64,000 nucleotides of DNA, from contig OY762069.1 of the NCBI GenBank assembly GCA_963665095.1, positions 64,001 to 128,000 of the forward strand. The letters are read 5' to 3'. The first letter of the stretch is position 1, and every line of letters begins with the position of its first letter. Made by a program: the position numbers and the translations under genes. This stretch comes from an uncultured Desulfobacter sp. (GTDB lineage Bacteria; Desulfobacterota; Desulfobacteria; Desulfobacterales; Desulfobacteraceae). The notes below the pieces were generated by a model. It had not been told where the DNA came from. It ran no database searches and was given only the letters and a program-made list of their open reading frames with translations. Of the stretch, positions 10,893-21,213 are shown piece by piece.

Positions 10893-10962
10893 TTGTTTTA
10901 AGTTTACACGACCTGGATTGTTCAAATTATAACCCTGGTCAAATCAAGGAGGAATTTGAAAG

Positions 10963-11187
10963 ATGACGAGAAAAATTGCATATCAAAAGGCTAAGGGCGC
11001 ATCTGATACACATGGGATGCCTTTTTACGGTGCGATCAAATCTGACAACGAAATCTATTTTCAGATGGCCTCCTTGTTCCGGGAAGCGACAAAAGGAAGA
11101 AAACAATTGTCCGGGCAGTTGCTCCAGAAAATGTTGAAATCAAAACAGGCAAACAGTCCTGGAATAATGCCCATATATGATTTATAA
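10963..11187 (+). CDS. Small hypothetical protein (74 aa)
   Basis: Strong RBS AAGGAGG and sigma54-like promoter upstream; no recognised domain. Confidence 0.6.
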   Translation: MTRKIAYQKAKGASDTHGMPFYGAIKSDNEIYFQMASLFREATKGRKQLSGQLLQKMLKSKQANSPGIMPIYDL

Positions 11188-11300
11188 ACATACATCAGGG
11201 GCCCAATTGCACTGACGGTTTTTTTTACATGATGGAAAGCAATTTTAGAAAGAGCCGGGCGAAACAGAAAAAGTCAAGCTAAACAAAAGGAGTGTTATCA

Positions 11301-11681
11301 ATGGCTGAGAAAATGGGGATCTATAAATGTGAGAAATGTGGAAATATTGTTCAGGTGCTTCATGGGGAGCAACCTCCTGTGACCTGCTGCGGCAAGCCCA
11401 TGGAGCGTCTGGTGGAAAATACCGTGGATGCAGCAGTTGAAAAACATGTGCCTGTTATTGAAAAGATAGAGGGTGGATACAAGGTCAATGTAGGCAGTGT
11501 GGCACATCCCATGACCCCGCAGCACTGGATTGAGTGGATTGAACTGGTTTCCTGTGACGGCAGCTATGTACAGCGCCAGATGCTGACACCGAGTTCAACA
11601 CCTGAAGCTGTTTTCAAATGTGATGCGGACAAGGTTGAAGCCATGGCCTACTGCAATCTTCATGGCCTGTGGAAATCCTGA
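11301..11681 (+). CDS. dfx: Desulfoferrodoxin (superoxide reductase)
   Basis: CEKC...CCG, EKHVP, HPM...HWI, CNLHG. Confidence 0.95.
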   Translation: MAEKMGIYKCEKCGNIVQVLHGEQPPVTCCGKPMERLVENTVDAAVEKHVPVIEKIEGGYKVNVGSVAHPMTPQHWIEWIELVSCDGSYVQRQMLTPSSTPEAVFKCDADKVEAMAYCNLHGLWKS

Positions 11682-11704
11682 TTGATGCTGGAAAGTTAAC
11701 GCTG

Positions 11705-11741
11705 AAAAGCCCGCTGTCCCATAGGAGAGCGGGCTTTTTTT
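11705..11741. terminator. Bidirectional intrinsic terminator
   Basis: AAAAGCCCGCT...AGCGGGCTTTTTT between convergent genes. Confidence 0.8.
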
Positions 11742-11766
11742 ACATCATTTCATTACTGCGAACAGT

Positions 11767-12237
11767 CTAAAGTTCAACAAGTTTTCCGGCCAGCAGTTTA
11801 ATATGGCCCATCTCTTCTTTGATAATGTCATCCACCTTTGACTTGCCGGCGTTTTGTGCCACCATCTCTTTGATGCCAAGATAAAACACAATGGAATCTT
11901 TCTCCGCAGCAATGGCTGAGGTCAGAATTTTTTTCATATCAGCCCCGGGTGCCTCTTTTTCAAAGAAAACCCTGGTATCAGCCAGGGCTTTTAGATAAAG
12001 TGCATTTTCATTATCAGGGTCGAATGTAAGTGCCTTGGTTTCGTCCTCGCTCAGATTTTTCTGCATGTCTGCAAAAATCTGTTCGTGGGAGTCTTCCATT
12101 TCAGCAAGCTCCGTAAGGAACTGCTTATGCCCGTCTCCATCTACCTGATCCGCAGCATCTCTGTAAAATTTGGCACCATTGATCTCTATCTGTTTCGCAA
12201 TTTCAAAAATATCATTTGCATTGAACTCATTGCCCAT
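11767..12237 (-). CDS. Ferritin-like/rubrerythrin family protein
   Basis: EMEDSH, EKDSIVFY, EEMGH. Confidence 0.88.
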   Translation of the reverse strand: MGNEFNANDIFEIAKQIEINGAKFYRDAADQVDGDGHKQFLTELAEMEDSHEQIFADMQKNLSEDETKALTFDPDNENALYLKALADTRVFFEKEAPGADMKKILTSAIAAEKDSIVFYLGIKEMVAQNAGKSKVDDIIKEEMGHIKLLAGKLVEL

Positions 12238-12279
12238 GGTTTCCTCCTTATCTATCTGCGGTTTTTTTGTCTTACTCGG

Positions 12280-12396
12280 TCAGCTTTGCCTTGAGCGCTT
12301 TGCCAGATTCACACCGAGTTCAAAACATGTATCAAGATCTGCCTGTTCCGGGACATACTGCACTTTGACGCCCTGGTCAACAACTTCCGTCTTCAT
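12280..12396 (-). pseudogene. 38-codon remnant resembling the C-terminus of a flavodiiron protein (FprA/Roo)
   Basis: MKTEVVDQGVKVQYVPEQADLDTCFELGVNLAK resembles the last strand-helix of the FprA flavodoxin domain; lies directly after rubredoxin. Confidence 0.55.
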
Positions 12397-12403
12397 TACG
12401 GCA

Positions 12404-12568
12404 TTACTCTTCCACTTTTTCAAAATCATCCTGAGATGCACCGCACAGGGGGCAGACCCATTCTTCGGGCATATCTTCCCAGGCAGTTCCCGGGTCCACG
12501 CCGTTATCTGGATCGCCTGCAGCAGGGTCATACACGTATCCGCAAATTGTACATTCATATTTGGCCAT
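12404..12568 (-). CDS. rub: Rubredoxin (54 aa, not in ORF track)
   Basis: [62 protein letters not shown]. Confidence 0.96.
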   Translation of the reverse strand: MAKYECTICGYVYDPAAGDPDNGVDPGTAWEDMPEEWVCPLCGASQDDFEKVEE

Positions 12569-12658
12569 TTTTTTTCCTCCGTTAAAAAATATTAGTGTTG
12601 GTTACAACTTTGTGTCTGTGGACACAGTGGTTTTCATAATGTCACACGGCAAGTTATT

Positions 12659-12674
12659 TGCAAGGCATATGCCA
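12659..12674 (-). promoter_or_regulatory. Putative sigma54 -24/-12 promoter of rubredoxin operon
   Basis: TGGCATATGCCTTGCA. Confidence 0.72.
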
Positions 12675-12937
12675 TGAAAGGCAATGCCGTAAAATAATAG
12701 GAATCTTTGGTATCCTTTATTTTTGTTTTCAACAACAGCTGTTTTTAAAGAACAGCTTAAAAATATTTGCCTTTTGCCAGTATGGTGATGCCGGGATCGT
12801 TCAAGATAATGGTTTTAAGTTACCTCGTATTCATATAATATGGGGCCTGTAAAATCAATGGAACTTTTGAACAGGGCCTTGTCAGATCCCGGCATTTTAT
12901 TTTTGTCTGTATATAGAAATCTGAAAGGCGCAAAACT

Positions 12938-14341
12938 ATGATACAAAAAGTATTCACCCGGAAAACCACCATCCATGCCCCAGTCTCAGAGGTTTTTCAC
13001 TGGCACACACGGGACGGGGCGATTAACCGGCTGACCCCGCCGTGGGCACCTCTTACTCTGGTATCCAGAAAAGGCCGGGGAATAGACAAGGACGTTGAAG
13101 TTACATTCAGGATAAAAGTTTTCGGTATCCCCATGGACTGGGAAGCCCGGCATTTTGATTTCAGGCAGGATGTGCTGTTCCGGGACCGCCAGACAAAAGG
13201 GCCATTTTCATTGTGGGAACACAGCCACCTGTTTCATCCGCTTCCCCCTGATTCCACCCTGATGGAGGATCAGGTCCGGTTCAGACTTCCTTTCGGAATT
13301 TTCAGCCTTCCTTTTTATGGATATGCCGAAAATCAGCTTGAGCGTATTTTTTCCTATCGGCATCAGGTTCTTAAATATGATATGGAACACCGGGTGGGCC
13401 GGATGCAAAAACAACGGATTTTAATTTCCGGTGCCTCCGGAACCATTGGACAGGCACTGGTGGCGTTTTTGCGGACCTGTGGCCATGACGTGGTCCGGCT
13501 GGTGCGTGATGAAAGGGATGCTTCAGATGATGTGCTTTTCTGGGATCCCTACCGGGATCTTCTGGATTTGGCAGCAGCCGGTCCCATTGATGCGGTGATT
13601 AACCTGAACGGCGTGGATATTTCCCGGGGGCGGTGGACGGATAAACAGCGGGCCGTCATCATGGACTCCCGGCTGACACCCACCCGGGTGCTTGCCGAAA
13701 AGATGGCCCGGATGGCCCAGCCACCCGCCACATTTATTTCTGCCTCGGCCATTGGTTTTTATGGTGAAGGCGGTGATGTGAAGCGGACTGAAGATGCGGA
13801 TGTGGGGAAAAGTTTCATATCCCGGGTTTGCAGCGAATGGGAAACAGCATCGCTGGGTGCTGCTGCCGCTGGCATCCGAACCGTTCAGATGCGAACGGGT
13901 GTGGTACTGACCCCTTCTGGCGGGGCACTTGAACGTATGGTGCTGCCTTTTTCTCTGGGTCTTGGGACACGGCTTTCCCACGGGCGTCAGTACATGAGCT
14001 GGATCAGCATGGAAGACATGCTGGGGGGAATTTTGCACATTCTTGAAAATAAAGAGATTCAGGGCCCGGTGAATCTGACCGCACCGGCCCCTGTAACCAA
14101 TGGAGAATTCACACATACCCTGGCCAGGGTGTTATCCCGGCCGGCGCCCTTTGTCATGCCCGGACCTCTGGTGAAAGCTGTCTGGGGAGATATGGGCAGG
14201 GAGACCCTGCTGGCCTCTGCCCGGGTGATTCCCCAAAAGCTTCTTGACAGCGGATACCGCTTTGTCCATGCCCGGCTTGAGCCGGCATTGCGCCATCTTC
14301 TCGGGAAGCCGGCCAGCAGACAAAAGACAGGTGTTAATTAA
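12938..14341 (+). CDS. SRPBCC domain fused to TIGR01777-family SDR epimerase
   Basis: N-terminal SRPBCC-like domain (GPFSLWEHSH), GASGTIG, SASAIGFYG, GPVNLTAP. Confidence 0.85.
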   Translation: MIQKVFTRKTTIHAPVSEVFHWHTRDGAINRLTPPWAPLTLVSRKGRGIDKDVEVTFRIKVFGIPMDWEARHFDFRQDVLFRDRQTKGPFSLWEHSHLFHPLPPDSTLMEDQVRFRLPFGIFSLPFYGYAENQLERIFSYRHQVLKYDMEHRVGRMQKQRILISGASGTIGQALVAFLRTCGHDVVRLVRDERDASDDVLFWDPYRDLLDLAAAGPIDAVINLNGVDISRGRWTDKQRAVIMDSRLTPTRVLAEKMARMAQPPATFISASAIGFYGEGGDVKRTEDADVGKSFISRVCSEWETASLGAAAAGIRTVQMRTGVVLTPSGGALERMVLPFSLGLGTRLSHGRQYMSWISMEDMLGGILHILENKEIQGPVNLTAPAPVTNGEFTHTLARVLSRPAPFVMPGPLVKAVWGDMGRETLLASARVIPQKLLDSGYRFVHARLEPALRHLLGKPASRQKTGVN

Positions 14342-14361
14342 AATTTTAACAGGACCGGATT

Positions 14362-15465
14362 ATGACAACCAAACTGAAGATACTTTTCTCCTTTCTGATG
14401 ATCACAGCCCTGGCACTGGGCTATGTTGATATCTACTTTCCTGTTGAGGCATTCAGTTTTGAACGTCTTCATATCTTTTTGTTTAATCTTTGCACCGGCG
14501 GCACTATTCTGTTGTATTACACAGAGCGGCAGCCCCAGGTGTCCGGTCATGTGAAGCTGTTTTTCGGGCTCTCTCTGGTATATGCCTTTTCTGCGTTTTT
14601 CAAATGGTATCCGGTGACGCTGGCCGTATCTGTCATTCTCTGGGGGCTTGTTGAGAAAACCCGGATGAATAAATTTTCAGTGATTCCCTACCAGTTCCTG
14701 ATGCCCAAGGTGCCGGTGTCTGAAAAATTTCACCAGGCTGCCCTGTGGTGTCTCTCCATTGGTATTGCCCTGGCGTCTGTTGTCATCATAAACAATGAAT
14801 ATACCCACTGGGTAGAGATGGAAAAACTGACCCTGGATACATTTTTTCTCGGATACTCCTTTCCGCTCTCCCTGATTACGTTGTCTTTGGTTTTTGGCAT
14901 GCTTAAGGCCATCGAAGGGCCCCAGAGCAAAGCAATTATGGAACTGTGCTTCTGGACCATTACAGTGGGGGTGATCGTTTTTTTCATATTTATTCTGTTT
15001 GAAAAATTTCTGCCCCAGATATTTGTGACCGCAGCCTTGTTTACGGCCGTTGTCATGGTGTTTATGCTCTATTCCACGTTTGCGCAAAAAATGCAGCAAA
15101 AGCTTTTTTTAACTTCCGGCATCGGATTCCTTATTGTGACGGCCGTTACCGGAATTATATATATCTGTTTTCAGATGCAGGATGGCTATGACCCGGTTAA
15201 GACCAAATGGCTGCTTCATATCCATGTTTTTGCATCCCTTTACGGCTGGAATCTGTGCGGGCTGGCTGTCATCTGCCGGTTTGATGATTTTCCCATCCGG
15301 CTTCACTCTTTGACCGTGATCCTGGTCCACTGGTTGACCGCCCTGGTACTTGCACCCTTAGGGGTGTTTGTCGGATGGTTTGCCCTGCTGGCCATAGCCG
15401 GATACGCCTTTATTACTTTGACTTTGTTTTTTTCAGGAAACGGAAAATTACACTATGACCAGTAA
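14362..15465 (+). CDS. Polytopic membrane protein of unknown function
   Basis: About 11-12 hydrophobic segments; His-containing motifs RLHIFLFNL and HIHVFASLYGW. Confidence 0.75.
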   Translation: MTTKLKILFSFLMITALALGYVDIYFPVEAFSFERLHIFLFNLCTGGTILLYYTERQPQVSGHVKLFFGLSLVYAFSAFFKWYPVTLAVSVILWGLVEKTRMNKFSVIPYQFLMPKVPVSEKFHQAALWCLSIGIALASVVIINNEYTHWVEMEKLTLDTFFLGYSFPLSLITLSLVFGMLKAIEGPQSKAIMELCFWTITVGVIVFFIFILFEKFLPQIFVTAALFTAVVMVFMLYSTFAQKMQQKLFLTSGIGFLIVTAVTGIIYICFQMQDGYDPVKTKWLLHIHVFASLYGWNLCGLAVICRFDDFPIRLHSLTVILVHWLTALVLAPLGVFVGWFALLAIAGYAFITLTLFFSGNGKLHYDQ

Positions 15466-16447
15466 CCGTGAGCGGGCCAAACAGCTCCAGTGTCTTTTCT
15501 CCGGGGCAACCAGGGTACTTATCATGATCAATGCCGACCCGGATGCCATTGCATCCGCCATGGCGTTGAAACGTATTTTGTGGCGAAGGGTGGGGGAGGT
15601 GGTGATTACCTATTTCAACCGGATCACCCGGCCGGATAACCTTGCCATGATTGAATTTACCGATTCGGGTATGGTGCCGCTGGCAGACATAGATCTGTCC
15701 GCCTTTGATAAATTTGCGGTGGTGGATTCCCAGCCTGCCCATAGTGACAGTTTTTCCGGCATTGATTTTCATGCCATTGTGGACCACCATCCTCTTACGC
15801 CAAACAGTGCACCCTTTACAGATATTCGGCCGGAATACGGAGCCTGCTCCACCATGCTCACCGAATATCTGCGTTCCCTTAAGATCAAACCATCAGCCAA
15901 ACTTGCCTCGGCACTGATGCTGGGCATAAAAACAGATACGGCTGATTTTACCCGCCAGGCATCTTCCAGGGATATCCGGGCGTTTCAGTTTCTGTACCAG
16001 TATGCAGACATGAATATCGTCACCAAAGTGGAACGTGCCCTTATGACTGAAACGGATTTGGATTTTCTGGGCGAGGCCATCCGCCACAGAATGGTCCGAG
16101 ACAACCGGGTTTTTTATCATGCCGGTACCATGAACAAGCCGGATGAACTGGTGGTGGCAGCTGATTTTTTTCTCTCCATTGCCGGGGTAAACTGGAGTGT
16201 GGTTTCCGGTGTGGTGGATAAAAAACTGATCGTGATTCTGCGCAATGACGGCCTGCGAAAAGGGGCAGGTAAAACCGCCCAGGAGGCGTTTGGCAAGTTC
16301 GGATCTGCCGGGGGGCACAAAACCATGGCAAGGGCGGAGCTGAATATATCCCTGATCCGAAAGGAGATAAAACGGGTAAACCGCAAGGCCCTGTCAGAAT
16401 GGGTGGTTGAACGTATCACCCAGACGGCCGGGAAAAAAATTGAATAA
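15455..16447 (+). CDS. DHH family phosphoesterase
   Basis: ADPDA, VVDS, DHH, DT, GGH. Confidence 0.9.
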   Translation: MTSNRERAKQLQCLFSGATRVLIMINADPDAIASAMALKRILWRRVGEVVITYFNRITRPDNLAMIEFTDSGMVPLADIDLSAFDKFAVVDSQPAHSDSFSGIDFHAIVDHHPLTPNSAPFTDIRPEYGACSTMLTEYLRSLKIKPSAKLASALMLGIKTDTADFTRQASSRDIRAFQFLYQYADMNIVTKVERALMTETDLDFLGEAIRHRMVRDNRVFYHAGTMNKPDELVVAADFFLSIAGVNWSVVSGVVDKKLIVILRNDGLRKGAGKTAQEAFGKFGSAGGHKTMARAELNISLIRKEIKRVNRKALSEWVVERITQTAGKKIE

Positions 16448-16511
16448 TTCCTTAAAAGAACAGAGGCAACAATATTAAATACAATACAATTCGCATACGT
16501 TTAAAAAACAT

Positions 16512-16544
16512 AAAAAGCCGATAAAGAATTTTTTATCGGCTTTT
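16512..16544. terminator. Bidirectional intrinsic terminator
   Basis: AAAAGCCGATAAA...TTTATCGGCTTTT. Confidence 0.8.
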
Positions 16545-16557
16545 AAATTTGGATTCT

Positions 16558-17388
16558 TTACTCTGTAAGCACCCGGGCAAGATGTTCACTCATAAACATA
16601 ACAGATTCGACATCCATATGTGCCATGACTGTCTCATCAAACAGCAGTTTGACCTCGGCCTCAAATCCGTCGTTTTCATCCCAGAAGAGCAGGGTGACAT
16701 ACACTTTGGGAAACACCCGGAATTGAAAAGCAAGGCTGCAGGTGTCATACCTGTCTTTAACATCCGTGCCGCCCAAGGCAGTGCAGGCCTGCGCAAGTGC
16801 CGTAACTCTGCCTGAAAATACCTGGCTGAGCGGGATTTCAACATGTTTCTGCATGGATACGATTTTTGACACCGTATTGGGAAACTCCTTCAGGCTTTTC
16901 ATATTTCCTGTTGGCACGGCATGGCTGCCGGCTGCCAGGTGGATATAGACAAAGGTCTGCTCATTCCGGGTCAGCTCTTCTCCCTGATCGGTGAGTACCT
17001 TTTCTGTGGTTAACAGAAGACTTTTGTTGAAATAGGGCAGACGGATATGGGGCTGGCCTTTGAACGGCCCCTTTGCCTTCCCGTCTTCAAGCACACCGCC
17101 TACACGCCGGGCCATATCGCCAAGGTCGGTGGATGCCGCCTTTTCTCTGGCCACGCTCAACGCTTCGGCAGCCATGTCTTTTTTGAGCCATTTGCCCTGC
17201 CTGTACTGCTCCTCAAGTTCTGCCTGGGCCGGGCCAAGGATCTCTTCGGGGATATGGGGGCAGTTTTTCAACGGCAGTTTTTCAGAGACCACCATACCGG
17301 CAAAGGCCAGGCAGGTGGGAAATCCGCAATCCTTGCAATTGGTTCTGGGTAAAATTCTGGCATACAGGTCAACAACGGACAGGGCCAT
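16558..17388 (-). CDS. Fe-S-binding domain plus DUF3786-like protein
   Basis: LPRTNCKDCGFPTCLAFA...CP 4Fe-4S motif; C-terminal FPKVYVTLLFWDEND. Confidence 0.8.
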   Translation of the reverse strand: MALSVVDLYARILPRTNCKDCGFPTCLAFAGMVVSEKLPLKNCPHIPEEILGPAQAELEEQYRQGKWLKKDMAAEALSVAREKAASTDLGDMARRVGGVLEDGKAKGPFKGQPHIRLPYFNKSLLLTTEKVLTDQGEELTRNEQTFVYIHLAAGSHAVPTGNMKSLKEFPNTVSKIVSMQKHVEIPLSQVFSGRVTALAQACTALGGTDVKDRYDTCSLAFQFRVFPKVYVTLLFWDENDGFEAEVKLLFDETVMAHMDVESVMFMSEHLARVLTE

Positions 17389-17498
17389 GGCGCTCTCCTG
17401 CAAATAGGTTAAACGGTGAACGCCGGTCAGCATAGTGGCCGGCCGGCGTTGACGTCATGAGATCTGACGGCCCGGGTCATACCCCGGACCGTTATAAA

Positions 17499-18527
17499 TT
17501 AATAGGCTTCATCCATATCCAGGTCTTCATCGGATACCGGATCTTTAAACAGGTGATAGGCCCAGCTCTGGTAGGCAATGACCAGGGGAATAAATATCGC
17601 AACCACACCCAGCATGATTTTAAGGGTCAACGGGCTGGAAGAGGCGTTAAATGCGGTCAGGTTCCATTCCGGGTTAATGCTCGAAGGGAACAGTGCCGGA
17701 AAAAGACCGGCAATGCCGAAAAAGGTGCATCCCATAATAGTCAGGGCTGAGGCAAACCACGCTTTAAACCAGGCCTGTTTTGAACTGAAATACCGGGTGG
17801 CGAACAGCGCTGCCACAGCCACCAGTATAATTAAGAACAGAGCAGGCATTTTAACATAGTTGTCGTAGAGGCTGGTGGCAAAGTAGGAGGCGATTAAAAA
17901 CGCCACTGCCACCGGTACCAGAATCATCCAGGTTTTTTTGCCTGTGGTCACGGCCCGGGCCTGCAGATCCCCTGTGGCCTTGATGGCTATCCAGTTGGAC
18001 CCGTGCAGGATAAACAGCAGCACAAACAAAATTCCGCCCAGAAGTCCGTAGGGGTTGAGCAGCTTTAAGGTATTGCCGTGGTAAAGTCCCTGGTTATCAA
18101 AGGGAATACCTGCAAAGATGTTGGCAAAAGCCACGCCAAACAGAAGCGCCGGCAGAAATGAGCCCAGAAAGATCAGGGTATCCCAGGTTTTTTTCCAGCC
18201 CGGGGATTCTATTTTACCCCTGAAGTGCAGGGCCACGCCTCTGAAAATCAGGGCAAACAAAATGAGCAGCAACGGCGTATAAAGGGATGAAAACATGGTG
18301 GCGTAGACCTGGGGGAATGCCGCGAAGGTCACGCCGCCAGCCGTGATCAGCCACACTTCGTTTCCGTCCCACACCGGTCCTTTGGCATTGAGCATGACCC
18401 GTTTGTCACGCTCGGTTTTTCCGGCAAAGGGATAGATAATGCCGATGCCGAAATCAAATCCGTCGGTCAGGAAAAATACCGCCCACAGAAGGCCCCACAG
18501 GAAAAACCAGATTGATTGAAGTTCCAT
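17499..18527 (-). CDS. cydB: Cytochrome bd ubiquinol oxidase subunit II
   Basis: DGFDFGIG, GPVWDGNEVWL. Confidence 0.95.
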   Translation of the reverse strand: MELQSIWFFLWGLLWAVFFLTDGFDFGIGIIYPFAGKTERDKRVMLNAKGPVWDGNEVWLITAGGVTFAAFPQVYATMFSSLYTPLLLILFALIFRGVALHFRGKIESPGWKKTWDTLIFLGSFLPALLFGVAFANIFAGIPFDNQGLYHGNTLKLLNPYGLLGGILFVLLFILHGSNWIAIKATGDLQARAVTTGKKTWMILVPVAVAFLIASYFATSLYDNYVKMPALFLIILVAVAALFATRYFSSKQAWFKAWFASALTIMGCTFFGIAGLFPALFPSSINPEWNLTAFNASSSPLTLKIMLGVVAIFIPLVIAYQSWAYHLFKDPVSDEDLDMDEAY

Positions 18528-18541
18528 TTGTCTTACCCTCC

Positions 18542-19852
18542 TTAAACTGTTGCGGCCTCAGGGCCTTCTTTAACGGATTTGGCAATAAGATAAAAACCAA
18601 CAGCCCCGAGCAGGCCGTAAACCAGGATAAATGCAATCAGTGAGACAAGTACCTGGGACCCTGCAATGGGTGAGGCGGCATCTGCCGTTCTCATCAGGTT
18701 GTACACGATCCAGGGCTGGCGTCCCACTTCAGATACCAACCATCCCATTTCCGTGGCAATGTAAGGCAGGGGAATGGACCAGAGCATGATTTTAAGGAAT
18801 CTGGGGCTCTCCATCAGTTTATCCCGCCGGACCCATCCGTAAATGGTCAGAATGATGAACAGGGTGCCCAATCCGACCATGGTTCTGAACCCGATAAAGG
18901 TCAGCAAGACAGGGGGTCTGTCCTCTTTGGGGATATCCCGTAATCCCGTGACCTCCGCATTGAAATCATGAAATCCCAGAAAGCTCAGGAGGCCGGGAAG
19001 GGAGCCGATTTCAATGATATTTTTCTCTTGGGTTTCACTGGGGATGGCAAACATGATAATGGGTGCCTGTGTCTGGGTTTCCCAGTGGGATTCCATGGCA
19101 GCCAGCTTGGCCGGCTGGGTTTTTGAGACATTGATGCCGTGCATGTCACCTGAGAATGCGGTGAATAAGGAAGTGACAAGCCCAACTACCAGAGCGATCC
19201 TGAAGGATTTCAGAAACACTTGTGTATGCTGTTTTCTCAAAAGATGATATGCGGAAATCCCCATGATGAAAAAGGCACCTAACAGCAGGGCAGCCGGCAC
19301 CACATGGACAATTTCAAGCCATCCGTGTTTGTTGGTGATTACCGCGATAAAGTCTGTCAGTTCCGCACGTCCGTTTCTAATTTCATACCCCACCGGGTGC
19401 TGCATGAACCCGTTGGCAATCAGGATCCATACCGCACTGAAGTTGCCGGCCAGTGCCACCAGCCACATCACAACCGCATGGGCTTTGGCAGACAGCTTTT
19501 TCCAGCCGAAAATCCAGATGCCGATAAAGGTGGATTCAAGGAAAAAGGCTGCGGATGCCTCAATGGCCAGGATGGAGCCAAACACATCACCGACATATTC
19601 ACTGTACCGGGACCAGTTGGTGCCAAACTGGAACTCCAGGGTAATGCCGGTGACAACGCCCAGGGCAAAATTGATCAGGAACAGCTTTCCCCAGAACTTG
19701 GTCATCCTCAGGTAATTCTTATCACCGGACCAGGCGTATCTGGTCTCCATATAAGCAATTAAAAGAGAAAGACCCAGGGTGAGGGGAACAAACAGAAAAT
19801 GGAACATGGTGGCAGCTGCAAACTGCAGCCTGGATAGAAAAACCGGATCCAT
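18542..19852 (-). CDS. cydA: Cytochrome bd ubiquinol oxidase subunit I
   Basis: SRLQFA...HFLFVP, FQFGTNW, QPAKLAAME, EVGRQPW. Confidence 0.96.
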   Translation of the reverse strand: MDPVFLSRLQFAAATMFHFLFVPLTLGLSLLIAYMETRYAWSGDKNYLRMTKFWGKLFLINFALGVVTGITLEFQFGTNWSRYSEYVGDVFGSILAIEASAAFFLESTFIGIWIFGWKKLSAKAHAVVMWLVALAGNFSAVWILIANGFMQHPVGYEIRNGRAELTDFIAVITNKHGWLEIVHVVPAALLLGAFFIMGISAYHLLRKQHTQVFLKSFRIALVVGLVTSLFTAFSGDMHGINVSKTQPAKLAAMESHWETQTQAPIIMFAIPSETQEKNIIEIGSLPGLLSFLGFHDFNAEVTGLRDIPKEDRPPVLLTFIGFRTMVGLGTLFIILTIYGWVRRDKLMESPRFLKIMLWSIPLPYIATEMGWLVSEVGRQPWIVYNLMRTADAASPIAGSQVLVSLIAFILVYGLLGAVGFYLIAKSVKEGPEAATV

Positions 19853-19909
19853 AAAGTCCTCCAGGTAAAACGTTGGTTAATATTTGAATTCACTTTCCCA
19901 AAGGGATTG

Positions 19910-19925
19910 AGCAAGTACTATGCCA
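19910..19925 (-). promoter_or_regulatory. Putative sigma54 -24/-12 promoter of cydAB
   Basis: TGGCATAGTACTTGCT. Confidence 0.72.
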
Positions 19926-20360
19926 GATTTGAACCGGATTTAGATGACAGTAGCGATCTTTTGAAATCCGAATCAGCATACCGCAATGCCGACGAATTTA
20001 CAATAATGTTCAAAGCTGTATGAAGCGCTTCTCTTTGAGCGCTGTTCTTAACGCTACGCTGCATTAAGAAGTCGTGGCAAACGAATTTCTAACACGCTCC
20101 TGCAGGCGAACGGCTTCCTACTGGATGGCCTTAAAGGGTTATGAATTTTGGGGGGATGAAAATGATATGATTTGAATCAAATATGTATCTGTTTAAAATG
20201 ATACAAAGGTGTTCCGTCTTGATACAGCCGGCAAAGGTTGCGGTGAGGCGGAGGCAAAGCCGGTTTTGACAGCCTGATTTATGGTCTGGTATAGTCGTGT
20301 GTGCATGAATCCATTTGCAGCCGCAAAAGGTTTCATTTTTAATGATGAAAGGAGTTTTCA

Positions 20361-20921
20361 ATGAAAAAAAATGTCACCTTTGCTTTCATGGTTGTCCTTA
20401 CTTTCTGTTTACCGCTCATGGGGGAAGCAGGTGATATCTGGAAAAAAGTATATGATCTGGCCAATGTAAAACTGGCCCAGATGGGCACCGCACCGGAAAT
20501 TGTATCTTCTGTCATTGAACACAATAAAAGTGGAATGAGCCTGGATGAGATAAAAAACATGGATAAAAAATGGGTGGCTGCCCAGGGTACTACAGATGTG
20601 ATGGCAGAACTTATGACCTCTTCCTGTGCCAAAGTCTTAAAACAGTTTCAGGCCTCAGCCCCATATTATGCCGAAATTTTTGTGATGGGCAATCAGGGTG
20701 CCATTGTGGCGATGACAGATAAAACTTCAGATTATTGGCAGGGAGACGAGGATAAGTTCCAGAAATCCTTTAACCAGGGAAAGGGCCGTGTTTTTGTGGG
20801 AGATGTGGAGTTTGACGATAGTTCAAATACCTTTCTGGTTCAGGTTTCCGTTCCGGTGATATCGAAAGACAAGGCCATTGGCGCCATCACCTTTGGCATA
20901 AATATCGAAAAGTTCAGATGA
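20361..20921 (+). CDS. Secreted stand-alone PDC/Cache-like sensor domain protein
   Basis: Signal peptide; EIFVMGNQG, TSDYWQGDEDKF, QVSVPV...IGAITFG. Confidence 0.75.
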   Translation: MKKNVTFAFMVVLTFCLPLMGEAGDIWKKVYDLANVKLAQMGTAPEIVSSVIEHNKSGMSLDEIKNMDKKWVAAQGTTDVMAELMTSSCAKVLKQFQASAPYYAEIFVMGNQGAIVAMTDKTSDYWQGDEDKFQKSFNQGKGRVFVGDVEFDDSSNTFLVQVSVPVISKDKAIGAITFGINIEKFR

Positions 20922-21108
20922 TGGTCAGGATAATTAAAAAGCGGTATTCCCGGCACCCATCGAACCGGAAGCGGGGGATAAAAACCGTGTGTATCTGTTT
21001 TGCGGTATCTTTTTAAACTGACAATTTTATGGTACGTTAGCATGTCACAAGGCTTGGAATGAAATAGCCGGCCTTGCAGGTTGACAGTACTGATTAATTT
21101 GCCGGCAA

Positions 21109-21124
21109 CGGCATTTTTTTTGCT
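21109..21124 (+). promoter_or_regulatory. Putative sigma54 -24/-12 promoter
   Basis: CGGCATTTTTTTTGCT upstream of the thioredoxin gene. Confidence 0.5.
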
Positions 21125-21213
21125 ATATCTTAGCTGAACAATTAATTTAAGCCCCCTGGGAGTTCCCCCGGGCCATGACACGAAATTCATAAATGAATTG
21201 ATAAGGACTGACA

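Noticed and set aside
12280..12558. 92-aa ORF from the ORF track
   Set aside because: An alternative frame over the real rubredoxin joined to the FprA-like remnant
14362..15465. NnrS or heme-copper oxidase-like assignment for the membrane protein
   Set aside because: Only loose His-motif resemblance; needs a profile search
20086..20118. TTCTAAC-ACGCT-CCTGCAGG resembling the left half of an attC
   Set aside because: No complementary L'/R' arm found downstream; may be chance
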